From an uncultured Chloroflexia bacterium (GTDB lineage Bacteria; Chloroflexota; Anaerolineae; B4-G1; SLSP01), in NCBI GenBank assembly GCA_963751345.1, contig CAVVUS010000019.1, forward strand, positions 77,975-141,974: a stretch of DNA of 64,000 bases. The letters run 5' to 3'. The notes under the pieces were generated by a model that worked only from the letters and a program-made list of their open reading frames with translations, ran no database searches and was not told the DNA's origin. Positions 61,357-64,000 of the stretch are shown piece after piece (within the stretch, counting starts at the first letter, position 1; each line of letters begins with the position of its first letter). The position numbers and the translations under genes are program-made.

Positions 61357-62186
61357 GCCGGGGAGCCTTCCGGACGCCGTCTGAGGCGCGGAAGCTCCCC
61401 GGCACCAACGGCAGGTCTCACGAATCCAGCAGGTACGGACCGCAGCGGGCAGGAACGCCGAGCGTCAGCTACGTAGCCCTCACGTACCGCCGGTATTCTG
61501 CCCGATCCGGGAAGTAGTACGTCACTAACGCCTGATCCACGAGCGTGCCTGCTCGCAGACCGACCCACTCAAGATAATTCGAGTAGGGCCAGTCCTCCGA
61601 CCGAGTTACGAGACCAGCCTTGGCCGGGTTCGCATGGATGTAGCAGCAGAGGTGAATAAGGTACGGCTCATCATCAACCTGGACGGCCCGGAAGCGATCC
61701 TGGAACAGCGCGCCGCCGCGATCGTAGCGCTTGTTGTATGCCTTAGCGTAGGCGTTGAAGACGGATTGGGCCACCTTGCCGGCTGGGGTTTCGCCATCCT
61801 GGCGCAGAAGCAGGTGGTAGTGGTTGGGCATCAGACAGTAGGCGACCAGGTGAGACTGAAGGCGGCAGCACGTTCCTTTAGTGCACGCACGACCATGTAG
61901 AGGTAGTTGTCGCCCTCGCGGAAGACGGGCTGTTTGCCAACCCCGTGTAGATGTGGTAATAGCCACCCTGCGCGAACTGGATCTGTCGACGTGGCATGGT
62001 CATCTCCGTCTAGCTCTCGGCTGCCAGGAGCTACGCGGAGGTCACAAGTCGCCGGACGTCAGAGCACTGCGGCCGCGGTAGGTTTGGCTCAAGTGCCGGG
62101 GACTTCAGAAAGCTCCCCGGCACTGGTTGCGCGGCCGCGGTGGGTCTGTCTCCAAGTGCCGGGGACTTCAGAAAGCTCCCCGGCAC
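61356..62186. repeat. REP palindromes GTGCCGGGGA...AGCTCCCCGGCAC flanking the second transposase
   Basis: Identical copies at 62093-62123 and 62156-62186; split variant at ~61356-61405. Confidence 0.8.
61469..61997 (-). mobile_element. Y1 (RAYT/IS200-like) tyrosine transposase; frameshifts in the 5' part
   Basis: MPRRQIQFAQGGYYHIYTRG, AYCLMPNHYHLLL, GALFQDRF, YIHANPAKAGL, DWPYSNY. Confidence 0.85.
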
Positions 62187-62189
62187 TGA

Positions 62190-63948
62190 CTACGGCACGA
62201 CCGGCAGGATGATGTGCGAGGGGTGGGCGGCGTCGTGCAGGATCGGTCTGGACCGCGGGGCGGAGCTCGATGTCGTCGCCGATCGGGCGACCCGTGTTGG
62301 GATTGCGGCTGATCTTGGGGAAGTTGCTGCTGCTGATCTCGACGCGGATCCGGTGGCCCGCCTTGAAGACGTTGCTCGTGGGCCCCAGGTCGATGGTGAA
62401 GAGATACGCCGCATGCGGCTCCAGGAGCACGGCCTCGGCGGTGGAGGCCCGATGGCGCCCGCGGATGACGCCGTCGCAGACGTTGCGCGCATACCCACAG
62501 TCGCTGTGGGCGTACCCGCAGTCGCTGCGGGCGTACCCACAGGGGCCGACGTCGACCAGCTTCGCGGTGAAGTCGGTGTCGCGGGCGCTGGTGGCCGCGT
62601 AGAGGTGGACCTCGATCGGGCCGGTGACCTCCAGATCGTCCTGCAGGACGGCGGAGGTGTAGACGAGCACGTCGGGCCGGGCCTCGACCTCGCGCTGGTC
62701 GAACGCGCCCGCCGGGAGGCCGGTGGCCGAGCAGCAGAGCCCGCCGCCGCGCGTGGGCACGGGATTGCGCGGGTCGTAGACGAAGGTGTCGACCGGCTCG
62801 TCGCCGGGCACGACGGGGGTCAGCCCGCCGTCACCCCGCAGCGAGTTCGCCGCGCCGCCGCTGTGGAGGTAGTAGGGGGTGGCGACCGCGCGGGCGAGCG
62901 GCCAGCTCTCCTCGTCGCGCCAGACGTTGGCGCCCATCACGAAGAGCCGGACCGGCGGACCTTCCGCGACCCCGTTCTCCACGCCCTTGAGCCAGCGGTC
63001 GAACCATGCGAGCTGGAGCAGATCGGAGAGCACCGCGGCGTCGGAGGCGCCGAAGCCGAAGTCGACGTCGCCGACCAGGCCCGAGAGCGGCCCGTGGAGC
63101 CACGGCCCCATCAGGACCTTCTGCCGGGTGTTGCCCGCCTCGTGGATCGCGGCGTAGTCGCGCAGCGTGTGGCCCGCGAAGATATCGTACCACCCGCCGA
63201 CGTGGAAGATCGGGATCTTCAGCGTCTCGGGCGCGACCCGGATGTCCGTCCAGTGCGCGTCGTGCGACGTGGCGTTCGCCAGGAGTTCCGCCACGAAGTG
63301 GCTCACCTCGCCCTTGCCCACCAACGGCATCGTCTCCAGCGGCAGGTGACGGAAGGTCTCGCCACGCCCGGCCATCCCGTCCATCGCCGCGATGAACTGT
63401 CCCATCAACACGGCCTTCTGAGGATCACTGTCGGGGAGGCGCTGGATCTCCATTGACGCCGCGGAGCCGATGCCCCAGCTTGCCGCCAGGCCAACGGCGA
63501 AGGCGCCGCCGGGATAGAGCAGGTCGTAGCCATCGCAGAAGGTGACCGCGGGAATGATCGTCTTGAGCGCGGGCGGGCGCTGGGATGCCGCGGCCATCTG
63601 GGTGTAGCCGACGTACGAAGCGCCCCACATCCCCACGGCGCCATTGGCCCACGGCTGGGTGGCGGCCCACTGGACGGCGTCGTAGCCGTCGGCCTTCTCG
63701 TGGACAAAGGGCGTGCCGTCGCCCTCCGAGGCCCAGCGCCCGCGGGTGTCCTGGATCACGACGGCGTAGCCGCGCTCGGCGGCCATCAGGGCGAAGACGG
63801 CGCCGCCCGCCTTGCCGTAGGGCGTGCGCTGGAGCAGCACGGGCAGCGGCTCGTCTGTGTCGGGACGGTAGACGTCGGCACGCAGCGTCACGCCGTCGCG
63901 TGTGGTCATCTCGACGTCGCGCTGGACGATCAGGGGCTTGGTGGGCAT
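62190..63948 (-). CDS. CocE/NonD family serine hydrolase; frameshift near 62245
   Basis: RDGVTLRADVYRP, QDTRGR..SEG, GMWGASY.G, GGWYD, GPWLH, DTDFTAKLVDV; corrected end SHIILPVVP*. Confidence 0.93.
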
Positions 63949-64000
63949 GGTGACCTCCTCGGGTGGTATGGGGGCATGGTATGGCGGCGGGCGTGGGTGT

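Noticed and set aside
1040-63948. Many frameshifted genes read as mass pseudogenisation or programmed frameshifting
   Set aside because: Indels are scattered over unrelated genes that otherwise keep intact motifs and lack in-frame stops, which points to sequencing or assembly error. Read-level checking is needed to confirm.

Overview
GC-rich bacterial chromosome segment, probably Chloroflexota (Anaerolineae/Caldilineae-like). This is inferred from YLPL-type secreted proteins, PT linkers, a secretin-less Tad locus and a GAAC-N4-GTTC box. Many genes are broken by single-base frameshifts, most simply read as assembly indels. Contents: a truncated PAS protein; a Pel/galactosaminogalactan-like exopolysaccharide locus (Agd3-like deacetylase, PelF GT4, PelG-like protein, nucleotide-sugar enzymes, four GH114-like domains; 1.0-14.0 kb); an M23-PKD protein, sialidase, DUF1576 protein and MBL hydrolase; an orphan glycyl radical enzyme; a 6 x ~105 bp palindromic tandem array; a minus-strand Tad pilus locus (25.7-39.5 kb) with a TPR/PD40 protein, a DnaB-like ATPase and intact plus decayed TadE/TadG-like cassettes; FG-GAP, GH29 and sulfatase genes; two REP-associated tyrosine transposases and at least six REP-like families; an ECF sigma/anti-sigma pair flanked by three copies of an unrecognised ~65-aa '(E/Q)PWR' domain; and later genes for a fatty-acid hydroxylase, PHP hydrolase, APH-type kinase, hybrid histidine kinase, PPK2, C39 peptidase, LLM oxidoreductase, KimA-like transporter, enolase and CocE. 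Best novelty candidates: the ECF/'EPWR'-domain module (45.3-48.3 kb), a riboswitch-like attenuator upstream of the KimA-like gene (59.8-60.0 kb), and the DnaB-like ATPase inside the Tad operon (30.3-31.4 kb). No rRNA, tRNA or CRISPR array was seen.
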